Positions 10,233 to 18,716 of a DNA stretch of 64,000 nucleotides are shown here, in pieces. Position numbers and translations under genes: made by a program. The notes below the pieces were generated by a model, which saw only the letters and a program-made list of their open reading frames with translations, searched no databases and had not been told where the DNA came from. How positions within the stretch are numbered: the first letter of the stretch is position 1; each line of letters starts with the position of its first letter. The DNA comes from an uncultured Syntrophorhabdus sp. (GTDB taxonomy: Bacteria; Desulfobacterota; Syntrophorhabdia; Syntrophorhabdales; Syntrophorhabdaceae), in assembly GCA_964513565.1 (NCBI GenBank), contig CAZENE010000002.1:63894-127893 (forward strand), in the 5' to 3' direction.

Positions 10233-10281
10233 AAAAAAAGGGGCCGGGGCCGCGGTTGTTGCCGCGAGCCCCGGCCCCTTT
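10233..10281. terminator. Bidirectional rho-independent terminator between convergent genes
   Basis: A7 run, then GGGGCCGGGGC-(CGCGG ttgttg CCGCG)-a-GCCCCGGCCCC, then TTT. Long GC stem with an inner stem. Confidence 0.7.
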
Positions 10282-10298
10282 GAGAAGATGTTAATGGA

Positions 10299-11135
10299 TC
10301 AGTTCGTTATCCTGAGGTTTTTTGGCGCCGGAAGCCCGGAAGCCGGCAGCGTGCCGGAGGGACCGACATAAGAATCGGCTACGACGATATCGTCATAATC
10401 CCTTTGGTGCTCTGTCGGGTAGGTCCAGGAATGACCGTACTGATTCCCGCCGATCTCGATGTACCGGATCGTCCAGCCTGAGGGCCACCATGTGGCATTC
10501 ATCGTGCCGGCGGACACGCCGTCGACCCAGAACTGTGCCTGCCTGTTGACAAGGTCTATCTTGATCTCGTAGCAGACCCACCTGCCCGGCGTATACTGTG
10601 TATTGAGACTGTACCCGGTAAAAAAATGGTTGGCGCCGCTCTGGGCATCCCACAGGTTCATCTGGATGTTGCTCCCGTTGACTTGGAATTCTGGGATAAG
10701 TATCTGGTTCCCATCCGCCTTCTTGAGCCTGAACAATTTCTGAAAATTCGAGAAAGATTTCGTGGAATCCCTCTGATACCACCTGAGATAGATGCGGCTG
10801 TAATCTTTACCGAGGTTTTTTCTGAGAATGTTCTCGCCCGTTGGCCAGCACTGCTGTTCGAGATTTATCCTGAAGGCGCGCTTGTTCGTCTGGCCGGGGC
10901 TCGATCTTTCGGCCGCGCCGACGATCTGGGCATTGGGCTGCCCGTAATTCTGGCACATTACATTCGATGAGAATGCGGAATAACCCGACGGCATACTCCC
11001 GGAGCAGTCCGACTGGGAACAGTTGTAATCGCGGGTGAACCCATCGAAATTCTCCTGCCAGATAACGGTCGCATGGCCTGTTCCTATGCCGACGAGTAAT
11101 AACAACATTGTAAAAAATATTATACTATGTTTCAC
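10299..11135 (-). CDS. Secreted protein, concanavalin-A-like/jelly-roll type (possible glycan-binding or lyase-like); function uncertain
   Basis: ORF 10299-11276. I place the start at GTG 11135 because AAGGAGG lies 7 nt upstream and a signal peptide follows (KHSIIFFTMLLLLVGIGTGHA/TV). Beta-rich, Trp/Tyr-rich body. Ends ...LPAPKNLRITN. Confidence 0.6.
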   Translation of the reverse strand: MKHSIIFFTMLLLLVGIGTGHATVIWQENFDGFTRDYNCSQSDCSGSMPSGYSAFSSNVMCQNYGQPNAQIVGAAERSSPGQTNKRAFRINLEQQCWPTGENILRKNLGKDYSRIYLRWYQRDSTKSFSNFQKLFRLKKADGNQILIPEFQVNGSNIQMNLWDAQSGANHFFTGYSLNTQYTPGRWVCYEIKIDLVNRQAQFWVDGVSAGTMNATWWPSGWTIRYIEIGGNQYGHSWTYPTEHQRDYDDIVVADSYVGPSGTLPASGLPAPKNLRITN

Positions 11136-11275
11136 GTATTTGCCTCCTTGTTTCAAACAGGATGGATGGAGCCCGCCTACCGGCATTGTTTCTTCCGGCT
11201 CGGATCTGTCGCCGGTCCGTACCATCTTGCCCATTACTAAGATTACCATAGAATCCCGGCAAGGCTGTCTAATCA

Positions 11276-12559
11276 TTATCGTGCCCTGAAGGTTGCGGTC
11301 ACGTAAACGTTGCGCGTCATTGTCCCGCTGCAGGTGAGCCCGGTGCTGTTGCAGTCACCCGAATATCCCACGAAAACGGAGTTTGCGTCCGGTGTTGCGG
11401 TGAGCGTGACCCGTGTACCGTACGCATACGTCGGGCCCTCTGGACTTGCGGTTACCGTTCCGGACCCCGTCCCCGTCCTGGTTACCGTCAGCGAATAGGT
11501 CGTCCCGCCCGAAGAGGACCGGAAAGCTGCCCGGATAGTATGGTTCGCCGTCACGTTTGTGAACGTATAGGAACTGAGGGCTCCCACCGAACGTCCATCG
11601 ACGGCGACGTCACTGACCTGATACCCCGAGTTGGGAGTGATAATAAATGACCTGCTCGACCCGTATGCGACACTTACTGATCCCGATGGAGAGATTGAAC
11701 CTCCCGTTCCCGCCGACGCGGTGATCGAGTACGAACCCGTCGTGGTCTTCGCCTTGAAGGTTGCGGTCACGTTGACGTTGCGTGTTATTGTCCCGCTGCA
11801 GGTGAGCCCGGTGCTGTTGCAGTCACCCGAAAATCCCACGAATTCGGAGTTTGCGTCCGGTGTTGCGGTGAGCGTGACCCGTGTACCGTACGCATACGTC
11901 GGGCCCGCCGGGTTGGTCGTTACCGTTCCGGACCCCGTCCCCGCCTTAGTTACCGTCAGCGTGTATGCGCCCCCTGACGTCGCGCCGGCCTGCGATACCG
12001 TGAATGACCTTCCTGCGACCGTGAATGATGCCGACCGTGATGCCCCGGTGTTGGCGGCGACTGAATACGTTACCGAACCATTGCCGCTTCCGGTCGCACC
12101 CGAGGAGATCTTGATCCATGAAACTCCTGTCGACGCGCTCCACGCGCATCCGGCAGCCGCGCTGACCGAGATAGTTCCTGTTCCGCCGGTGCTCCCGTAA
12201 GAAGCGCTTGTCGGTGAGACCGTGTATGTACATGAGTCGGAACTGCCGTAGATCACTTCATTCGAATAACTGCTTTCCGTTCTCGAAGAATCGTAGGCCG
12301 TTACGGTGATGTAATACCTGGTCCCGTCACTCAGGTTTGGTATAGTTGCCGTTGTCTTATTGCCCACGTCCCCACTTTGTATATAATTGCCGCTTGACAG
12401 TCCGTAATAGACCTTGTATCCCGCTACACCCGATACGGGGTCCCAGGCAAGATATACATTTGCCGCTGTGCCGATGCTGGATGCTCCGAAAATGATCGAG
12501 CATATCGCCAGGACGAAAAACAGATACCTGACGGCGCTCCCGTGATTCTGGTGATACAT
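11276..12559 (-). CDS. Secreted multidomain protein: FN3 + BACON-like domain + three InlB-B-repeat-like (Flg_new_2-type) modules
   Basis: ATG 12559 after GGGAGG. Signal peptide (YLFFVLAICSIIFGASSIGTA). FN3 (VYLAWDPVSGVAGYKVYYG...YYITVTAYD). C..W..W module CTYTVSP...CAWSAS..VSWIKI...RSASFTVAGRSFTVSQ. Repeats of the form Y(T/S)LTVT..GTGSGTV...VTLTATPDANS.F.G.SGDC. Confidence 0.8.
   Translation of the reverse strand: MYHQNHGSAVRYLFFVLAICSIIFGASSIGTAANVYLAWDPVSGVAGYKVYYGLSSGNYIQSGDVGNKTTATIPNLSDGTRYYITVTAYDSSRTESSYSNEVIYGSSDSCTYTVSPTSASYGSTGGTGTISVSAAAGCAWSASTGVSWIKISSGATGSGNGSVTYSVAANTGASRSASFTVAGRSFTVSQAGATSGGAYTLTVTKAGTGSGTVTTNPAGPTYAYGTRVTLTATPDANSEFVGFSGDCNSTGLTCSGTITRNVNVTATFKAKTTTGSYSITASAGTGGSISPSGSVSVAYGSSRSFIITPNSGYQVSDVAVDGRSVGALSSYTFTNVTANHTIRAAFRSSSGGTTYSLTVTRTGTGSGTVTASPEGPTYAYGTRVTLTATPDANSVFVGYSGDCNSTGLTCSGTMTRNVYVTATFRAR
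11287..11493 (-). repeat. Intragenic 207-bp repeat, copy A (C-terminal InlB-B-like module)
   Basis: Aligns without gaps to 11755-11961 (offset 468 nt = 156 codons). Identical runs of 45 and 62 nt; about 17 mismatches by hand count. Confidence 0.9.
11755..11961 (-). repeat. Intragenic 207-bp repeat, copy B
   Basis: See copy A. Confidence 0.9.
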
Positions 12560-12625
12560 AAAACCTCCCAACAAAAAAATTTCTAAAAAAACCGAAATTG
12601 GTTTCCCCGATGGGCAGGTTTAAAG

Positions 12626-12640
12626 GCAAATGGCGTGCCT
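12626..12640 (-). promoter_or_regulatory. Sigma-54 (-24/-12) promoter for the secreted-protein genes
   Basis: The minus strand reads AGGCACGccatTTGCc, against consensus TGGCACG-N4-TTGCW. It is correctly oriented, about 65-80 nt upstream of ATG 12559. An NtrC-type activator is encoded divergently. Confidence 0.7.
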
Positions 12641-12749
12641 TAAAGATAAAAATGTGCTATACTACCGCAGTTAAACGATTTATGAGCTTCGGTAACTTTA
12701 TCTGTGCGGATTCAAATGAAGGGTTTCTCCTCCAGGTCAGTTCATTTAT

Positions 12750-12767
12750 TGCAGGATTTTTCCTGCA
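12750..12767. promoter_or_regulatory. Candidate enhancer (UAS) palindrome for the sigma-54 activator
   Basis: Perfect TGCAGGA-tttt-TCCTGCA, centred about 120 bp upstream of the -24 element and about 145 bp upstream of the predicted TSS. Confidence 0.4.
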
Positions 12768-12867
12768 CATCCGGAACAACCAGAACAGAAAAATATCATT
12801 TTTGATGTAACCCGTTTTTCCGTCTCAGAACAAAACCGAATAACGCTTATGATCCGAAAGGTGTTCG

Positions 12868-14337
12868 ATGCGATTAAATATCTTTGCGCGGCTTTTATTC
12901 AGTTATTTTGCGATCATAATATTTTTCGGTATGATCAACGCCTACTCGGTATGGGTGCTTCATCGTCTCAATACAGAGGTGAGCATAATTTTTCAGTACG
13001 ACCGGAAGGTCCTCGACCTTAAAGACCAAATGGGCAGCTCGATCGAGTCTCAGGCGGCATCGGCCCGTGAATTTTTTATAACTAGGAACCCCGTGCTGTT
13101 GAAACGGATCGATGAGGGACAGAAAGAATTCGACAGGTATCTCGCACGCATGTCGTCCGCTGTATATGCACCTGAAAAAAGGGAGATACTCGTTCGGCTA
13201 ATTTCAAACTATGACGATTATAAACTGGCTATTAATAAAGAAATTGAGCGCCTCCGAACGGCTAAGGCTCCCGGCATCCCTAAGAAGGTGGATCTGATAG
13301 CCCGGGACGTTTCCGACGATCTGAAAGTACTGCAGGAACATTATGAGACGGATATCGATGACAGGACAAACAGATTGCTGCATACTGCCGCGATGGCACA
13401 AAAGATCTCCATCGTATTGTTTTGTGCTGCAGTAATATTCATGATCCTGGGCCTTATCATAAATACCCGGGGAATCACGAGACCTCTTAATATTCTCAAG
13501 GAAAAAACAAGGGAGATTTCGCGTGGAGTTTTTGAGGGGGACCTCGAAATAACGTCTCCTCGCGAGGTGTCTGAACTGGCCGGCGAACTGAACAGAATGT
13601 GTGAAAGTCTCAAAGAAGTGGACATAATGAAATCCGGTTTCTTCGCCAGCATGTCCCATGAGTTGCGGACTCCGCTTGCCTCGATCAAGCAGGGTATAAG
13701 TCTTCTGCGCGATCGCGCAGCAGGCCCGGTGCCGGACAAGCAAAAAAGGCTTTTCATCATATTAACGGAAGAAACCAATAGGCTTATAGAACTCGTCAAC
13801 TCTATCCTTGAGCTTTCCAAGATGGAGGCGGGGATGATGCCGTTCGCGCTCAAGTACGATGACCTTCCGACACTCGTGCGTAAGGTTGTGAACGAAATGA
13901 CTCCCCTTGTCGAGGCAAAGAAGGTCGGGATACGGATTGATTCCGGTGACGAAGAGGAAGTACCGCCTGTAAGACTGGACAGGGAACGCATCCTTCAGGC
14001 GCTTCGCAACCTCGTCGGCAACGCGGTAAAATTCACTCCGGAAAATGGAGAGATATCAATAGAGGTGTGCTGCCGAAATGGCTGCCTGGAATGCTCCATA
14101 CATGATACCGGCCCCGGTATTCCTGCCGAAAGCCTTGACAGGATCTTTGAAAAATTTCATCAGTCTCCCGTAAGGACCTCTGGTCCCATCAAGGGAACGG
14201 GACTGGGGCTTGCGTTTGTCAAACATATCATTGCTGCCCACGGGGGTTCCGTATGGGCCGAAAGCGAACCAGGAAAAGGAGCCACATTCGTTTTTGCTTT
14301 GCCGTTAGATAGGCAGGAGGTGAAAGTATGTCGTTAG
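12868..14337 (+). CDS. Sensor histidine kinase (2 TM, periplasmic sensor, HAMP, HisKA, HATPase_c)
   Basis: TM1 FSYFAIIIFFGMINAYSVWVL and TM2 ISIVLFCAAVIFMILGLII. H-box FFASMSHELRTPLASI. N and G boxes (GNAVKFT, DTGPGIP, GTGLGL). Confidence 0.9.
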   Translation: MRLNIFARLLFSYFAIIIFFGMINAYSVWVLHRLNTEVSIIFQYDRKVLDLKDQMGSSIESQAASAREFFITRNPVLLKRIDEGQKEFDRYLARMSSAVYAPEKREILVRLISNYDDYKLAINKEIERLRTAKAPGIPKKVDLIARDVSDDLKVLQEHYETDIDDRTNRLLHTAAMAQKISIVLFCAAVIFMILGLIINTRGITRPLNILKEKTREISRGVFEGDLEITSPREVSELAGELNRMCESLKEVDIMKSGFFASMSHELRTPLASIKQGISLLRDRAAGPVPDKQKRLFIILTEETNRLIELVNSILELSKMEAGMMPFALKYDDLPTLVRKVVNEMTPLVEAKKVGIRIDSGDEEEVPPVRLDRERILQALRNLVGNAVKFTPENGEISIEVCCRNGCLECSIHDTGPGIPAESLDRIFEKFHQSPVRTSGPIKGTGLGLAFVKHIIAAHGGSVWAESEPGKGATFVFALPLDRQEVKVCR

Positions 14338-15701
14338 GAAATATCCTGGTCGTCGATGACGAAAAGAACCTTCTGGAATTGATCGCGATGGGATTGGAAG
14401 CTGCCGGGTATGACGTAAATACCGCGACAAATGAGCCGGAAGCGCTGACGCATATAAAAGAACAGGCGATAGACCTCGCTGTCCTCGATCTTCAGCTTGC
14501 CGATACAGACGGCATAAGCCTTATGGAAAAGATCCATTCAATAAATCCGCGGCTGCCGGTCATCATCCTTACAGGGTACGGAAGCATAGCCAATGCCGTC
14601 GACGCGATGAAGCGCGGTGCTTACAGTTATCTCACCAAGCCATTCGATTCCGAGGTCCTGCTGTTCGAGATCGGCAAGATAATGGACAGTCGGCGTATGT
14701 CGACAGAGATCGAAAGGCTGAAAGGGCTCCTCGAATCAAAGTACAGCTTTGGGAACATCATAGCCAGAAGCAAGAAAATGCAGGAGGTGCTTGAGACAAT
14801 ATCGCGCATAGCGAAGACCGATTCCACCGTAGTCCTTCTCGGAGAAAGCGGGACAGGAAAAGACCTTATAGCTAAGGCGATCCATGTCGCAAGCGGCAGG
14901 AAAGACCACCCGTTCGTCGCGATAAACTGTGCGGCCCTTCCGGAGGCATTGCTTGAAAGTAATCTGTTCGGGCACGAAAAAGGGGCCTTCAGCGGGGCCA
15001 TAAAGGAAACGAAAGGCCTTTTCCTTCAGGCGCATGGGGGTACAATATTTCTCGATGAGATAGCGGATATGCCACTGTCCATCCAGGCGAAAATACTTCG
15101 GGTCATTCAGGAAAAACAGATCCGTCCGGTCGGCAGCGAAAAGGTGATCGACGTCGACGTCAGGATCATTACCGCGACAAACAAGAATCTGGAAGAGATG
15201 GTAAAGCTCGATCTTTTCCGGGAGGATCTTTATTACAGGATCCACGTGATACCGATCCATCTCCCGGCGCTCAGGGACCGGAAGGAGGATATCCCTCCCC
15301 TCGTCGATGTTTTCGTGGAGAAAGCCGCATCGCTGATGAAGAAGATCATTAAGGGTGTAGCTCCGCAGGCAATGCAAAAGCTGATGCTGTACGACTGGCC
15401 TGGTAATATCCGCGAACTGGAAAATGTCATAGAGTACGCCGCCGCGATGACCGACAGGGAATATATAACCGATGACCTTGTTCTCCAGACAAAAGGCGTT
15501 GTATCCCAGGAACCTGTCAGACCTCTCAAGCAGGCTAAGGACGCATTTGAAAAAAGCTATCTCATCTACCTTTTAGAGATATGTAAAGGGAATATCAGTG
15601 AAGTGGCCAAATTTGCAGGAAAATACCGGGCAGACCTCTACGACCTTTTGAAGAAACATAAACTGAGTCCGGATGATTTTAAAAAGAGGGAATCCGCGTG
15701 A
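14328..15701 (+). CDS. Sigma-54-dependent response regulator (NtrC family: REC + AAA+ + Fis-type HTH)
   Basis: Overlaps the kinase stop. REC (ILVVDDE...VLDLQLADTDG). Walker A GESGTGKD. GAFSGA (GAFTGA loop variant). C-terminal HTH GNISEVAKFAGKYRADLY. Confidence 0.92.
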   Translation: MSLGNILVVDDEKNLLELIAMGLEAAGYDVNTATNEPEALTHIKEQAIDLAVLDLQLADTDGISLMEKIHSINPRLPVIILTGYGSIANAVDAMKRGAYSYLTKPFDSEVLLFEIGKIMDSRRMSTEIERLKGLLESKYSFGNIIARSKKMQEVLETISRIAKTDSTVVLLGESGTGKDLIAKAIHVASGRKDHPFVAINCAALPEALLESNLFGHEKGAFSGAIKETKGLFLQAHGGTIFLDEIADMPLSIQAKILRVIQEKQIRPVGSEKVIDVDVRIITATNKNLEEMVKLDLFREDLYYRIHVIPIHLPALRDRKEDIPPLVDVFVEKAASLMKKIIKGVAPQAMQKLMLYDWPGNIRELENVIEYAAAMTDREYITDDLVLQTKGVVSQEPVRPLKQAKDAFEKSYLIYLLEICKGNISEVAKFAGKYRADLYDLLKKHKLSPDDFKKRESA

Positions 15702-15717
15702 GGGGGGAAAACCCCCC
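15702..15717 (+). terminator. GC hairpin directly after the regulator stop (weak terminator candidate, no T-tract)
   Basis: GGGGGG-aaaa-CCCCCC begins 1 nt after TGA 15699-15701. Confidence 0.3.
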
Positions 15718-15907
15718 GGGCATGCGACAAACTGGTCATCGCAACTGGCTACAAGAACGAGAACGAAGTACGACAAAATTATTGTCGATTCTACGACATA
15801 CACGTGAGAGTAATTTTTGTATTCTTCAATTATAGATCTTCAAACATTGCATAACGTATTTCAATAGAAGATAAACGGCCGACCATGCGGCGGCCGGGGG
15901 GTTTCGT

Positions 15908-16330
15908 ATGAGGAAAATGTTTAACAGGCATGACAAGGGTTTCACATTAATAGAATTGCTCGTTGTTATGGTGATCGTTGGACTTCTTGCAGCCCTCGTT
16001 GCCCCGAGGCTTTTCCCGAAGCTTGGAAAAGGGAAGCAAGCTGCGGCAAAAGCCCAGATAGAGCTTCTGGGCCAGGCCCTCGATCAGATGAGGCTCGACA
16101 TCGGGCGGTACCCGACAACCCAAGAAGGGCTGAAAGCGCTCGTTACGAATCCGCAAGTCCCGAACTGGGACGGGCCCTACCTCAAGAAGTCGCTCCCGAA
16201 CGACCCATGGGGGAGGCCATACGGCTATCAATCACCGGGAAACCACGGTGAATATGATCTTTACTCATACGGGCGCGACGGATCACCGGCAGGCGAAGGA
16301 GAAGATGCAGACGTAACAAGTTGGCAATAA
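15908..16330 (+). CDS. gspG: Type II secretion major pseudopilin GspG
   Basis: Prepilin leader ...HDKG/FTLIELLVV (G-1, F+1, E+5). GspG body LDIGRYPTTQEGLKAL...DPWGRPYGYQSPGNHGEYDLYSYGRDG. Confidence 0.95.
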   Translation: MRKMFNRHDKGFTLIELLVVMVIVGLLAALVAPRLFPKLGKGKQAAAKAQIELLGQALDQMRLDIGRYPTTQEGLKALVTNPQVPNWDGPYLKKSLPNDPWGRPYGYQSPGNHGEYDLYSYGRDGSPAGEGEDADVTSWQ

Positions 16331-16355
16331 TTATGGACATTCCGGAAGGCCAGTC

Positions 16356-18704
16356 ATGAGATATTTTGGGAGCATCGCGTTCTTTGTTTTGCTCGCCTCT
16401 TTTCCCGCATTGAGCGGGGCCGGAGTCTCCGTTGCCGCTGTCAGGAAGGCCAGTGAATTTGAGGTGAATATAACGTCCGAACGCCCGTTGGCATACGATG
16501 TCGCACAGGCAGACCCCGGCACTGTGCCGCGACCGGAGACCGGGGTGTCCCAACAAGTACTGCCTCTTGGCGAAGCCCCGGCACAACCCACCCCGGCGCC
16601 GGGGACGCCGCCACAGCCTCAGGTTCCGCCTCCATCCGCGGGGCCTGAGGTACCCAAACCCCAGCCGCTTGAGCCGGGGCAGTCGGCAGGCGATGCAGGA
16701 TTCGCTGCGTCGCCGCCATCCGAGCAACGGAGTGCCCCTGGAAGGACCGCGGGCGCACCCCCGTCATACTCGGTTCGGCCGAACAAAGCCGGGCGAATAA
16801 GCCTCAATTTCGATGACGCCGATGTATATTCGGTCATACAGACGGTATTTGGAGAAATACTCAAGGTCAATTACATTGTCGATCAGAGGGTCAAAGGACG
16901 CGTTACATTCCGGTCGGTTGCCCCGGTTGCGATGGACCAGGTTCTCCCTGTCATGGAAACCATACTCCGGATAAACGGTATCGGTATCGTCGAGGAAAGC
17001 GGCCTTTACAGGATCGTCCCGATCGGCGAGGTAGCCAAGGAACCGGCCCAGATCAAATTCGGCCGGGAACCGGAGAGGATCGCGATACAGGGTAAATCGA
17101 TAATCCAGGTGGTGCCCCTCATGCATGTTCATTCGTCTGAGACAATCAAGTTCATAACCCCCTTTCTTACGCAAAGCGCGGTCGTTATCGACCTTCCCAA
17201 TATAAACCATATCGTGATCGTCGATACCGATTCAAATGTGAAAAGGCTCCTTACTCTCATTAACTATTTCGACGGGGAGCAGACAAAGCTCAACAAGCCC
17301 CAGGTTTCCGTTTATAATATCCAGAATGGAAAGGCCAAGGATGTTGCTGCGATTCTGCAGCAGGTGCTCCTTTCCCAGAAGCCGTCCGTACAGCCTGCAT
17401 CAGCCCAGACACCGCCGACCGCCGGAGGTGTTGCCGGCATACCGGGCACCGGAGCGTCTGCACAGAGACCATCGGTGCAGACCGCCGGCGGCCAGCAAAC
17501 CGGTGACCTGCTTGTCTCCCCAATAACGAAGATCATTGCGGACGAGAATTTGAATGCCCTCATTATTCTGTCTACACCGGAAGATTACGAGTTCATCAAA
17601 ACGGCCATCGCGCGCATAGATATAATACCCCGGCAGGTGCTTCTCGAAGGCGTTCTGGCGGAGGTGACATTGAGGGATGAGTTGAAACTGGGCATATCGT
17701 GGGCCCTTCAGTTCAATCCCGGAGGCATGGGCGGCATTCTGGGCGGGGTCGACGGTGTGGTTGGCTTTAATGTCCCCGGCGCGACACCGACAGCTACGAC
17801 CGGCACTGGCACATTCTCTTTTGCGGGAGAGGTCGGCGGCGACTTCAGGGCGGTCATCGATATGCTTGCCGTCGACAACCGGGCCAAACTTCTCGCGGTA
17901 CCCCATATACTTGTGTCGGACAACAAGGAAGCCCGTATCCAGGTGGGCCAGCAGGTGCCCGTAGTGTCTTCGGAGACCTTCGGCTCGGGGACCATCGCTC
18001 CGCAGCGCACGATTCAGTATAAAGACATTGGGATAATCCTGAAGGTAAAGCCCCGGATCAACGAAGGCGGCCTCGTTACCCTTGACCTCGCACAGGAGGT
18101 CTCGTCATATGAAACGATAAAGCTCTTCGATAATGAAGATTACATTATTTTGAGAAAAACGGAGACTACGACCAGTCTTGTATGCCAGGACGGCAATACA
18201 ATAATCATCGGCGGCCTGATTCGCGACGATATATCGAGGGCACGCTCAGGCATTCCTTTTCTGAGCAAGATTCCGGTTCTTGGCTGGCTTTTCGGCGCTA
18301 CCGACGACAGCGCAGAAAGGACCGAATTGATCATTTTGCTTACCCCGCGGGTAATACGGAACCATATCGATGCGAAGAATGTAACCTCGGATTATGTTGA
18401 CAGCATTACGAGAACCGGCAAAGGAAGGATAAGGAGAGAGGAATTGATCAAGCAGAAACCGATCACGATACCGCCGGCGCCCATGAGCGACCAGGGAGGC
18501 ATCCCCGGGCAGGAACTGGGGATCAAAAGAAGAGAACTGCTTGATCAGCCGCTTCCGGTAACGCCGGACGGAACCAGCCAGCCTTCATTCCAGACTCCCC
18601 GGAATGGCTGGATGAGTTCTCCGACGCCTTCAGGCCAGATCGCGCCGCCGCCGCAAGGTATTCCGGATGGGTTCAAAGCCGGCGAACCCGCCGGAGTCGA
18701 ATGA
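16356..18704 (+). CDS. gspD: Type II secretion secretin GspD with proline-rich insertions
   Basis: Signal peptide. N0 domain (ISLNFDDADVYSVIQTVF). N1-N3 repeats. Secretin core (VPHILVSDNKEARIQVGQQVPV...IPFLSKIPVLGWLFG). Confidence 0.93.
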   Translation: MRYFGSIAFFVLLASFPALSGAGVSVAAVRKASEFEVNITSERPLAYDVAQADPGTVPRPETGVSQQVLPLGEAPAQPTPAPGTPPQPQVPPPSAGPEVPKPQPLEPGQSAGDAGFAASPPSEQRSAPGRTAGAPPSYSVRPNKAGRISLNFDDADVYSVIQTVFGEILKVNYIVDQRVKGRVTFRSVAPVAMDQVLPVMETILRINGIGIVEESGLYRIVPIGEVAKEPAQIKFGREPERIAIQGKSIIQVVPLMHVHSSETIKFITPFLTQSAVVIDLPNINHIVIVDTDSNVKRLLTLINYFDGEQTKLNKPQVSVYNIQNGKAKDVAAILQQVLLSQKPSVQPASAQTPPTAGGVAGIPGTGASAQRPSVQTAGGQQTGDLLVSPITKIIADENLNALIILSTPEDYEFIKTAIARIDIIPRQVLLEGVLAEVTLRDELKLGISWALQFNPGGMGGILGGVDGVVGFNVPGATPTATTGTGTFSFAGEVGGDFRAVIDMLAVDNRAKLLAVPHILVSDNKEARIQVGQQVPVVSSETFGSGTIAPQRTIQYKDIGIILKVKPRINEGGLVTLDLAQEVSSYETIKLFDNEDYIILRKTETTTSLVCQDGNTIIIGGLIRDDISRARSGIPFLSKIPVLGWLFGATDDSAERTELIILLTPRVIRNHIDAKNVTSDYVDSITRTGKGRIRREELIKQKPITIPPAPMSDQGGIPGQELGIKRRELLDQPLPVTPDGTSQPSFQTPRNGWMSSPTPSGQIAPPPQGIPDGFKAGEPAGVE

Positions 18705-18716
18705 GTGCAATGAGTT

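Noticed and set aside
13204-15529. Antisense ORFs inside the kinase and NtrC-type regulator genes (13204-13743, 13341-13991, 14736-15377, 15233-15529)
   Set aside because: The plus-strand genes have unambiguous HisKA/HATPase and REC/AAA+/HTH motifs. The antisense ORFs have no features.
15702-15907. Expected a sigma-54 promoter upstream of gspG, since an NtrC-type activator is encoded immediately upstream
   Set aside because: Reading the 206-bp region on the plus strand gave no GG-N10-GC element with TGGCAC/TTGC context. TGGTCA... and TGGCTA... have the wrong spacing or wrong -12. No convincing sigma-70 hexamers were found either, so the gspG promoter is left uncalled.
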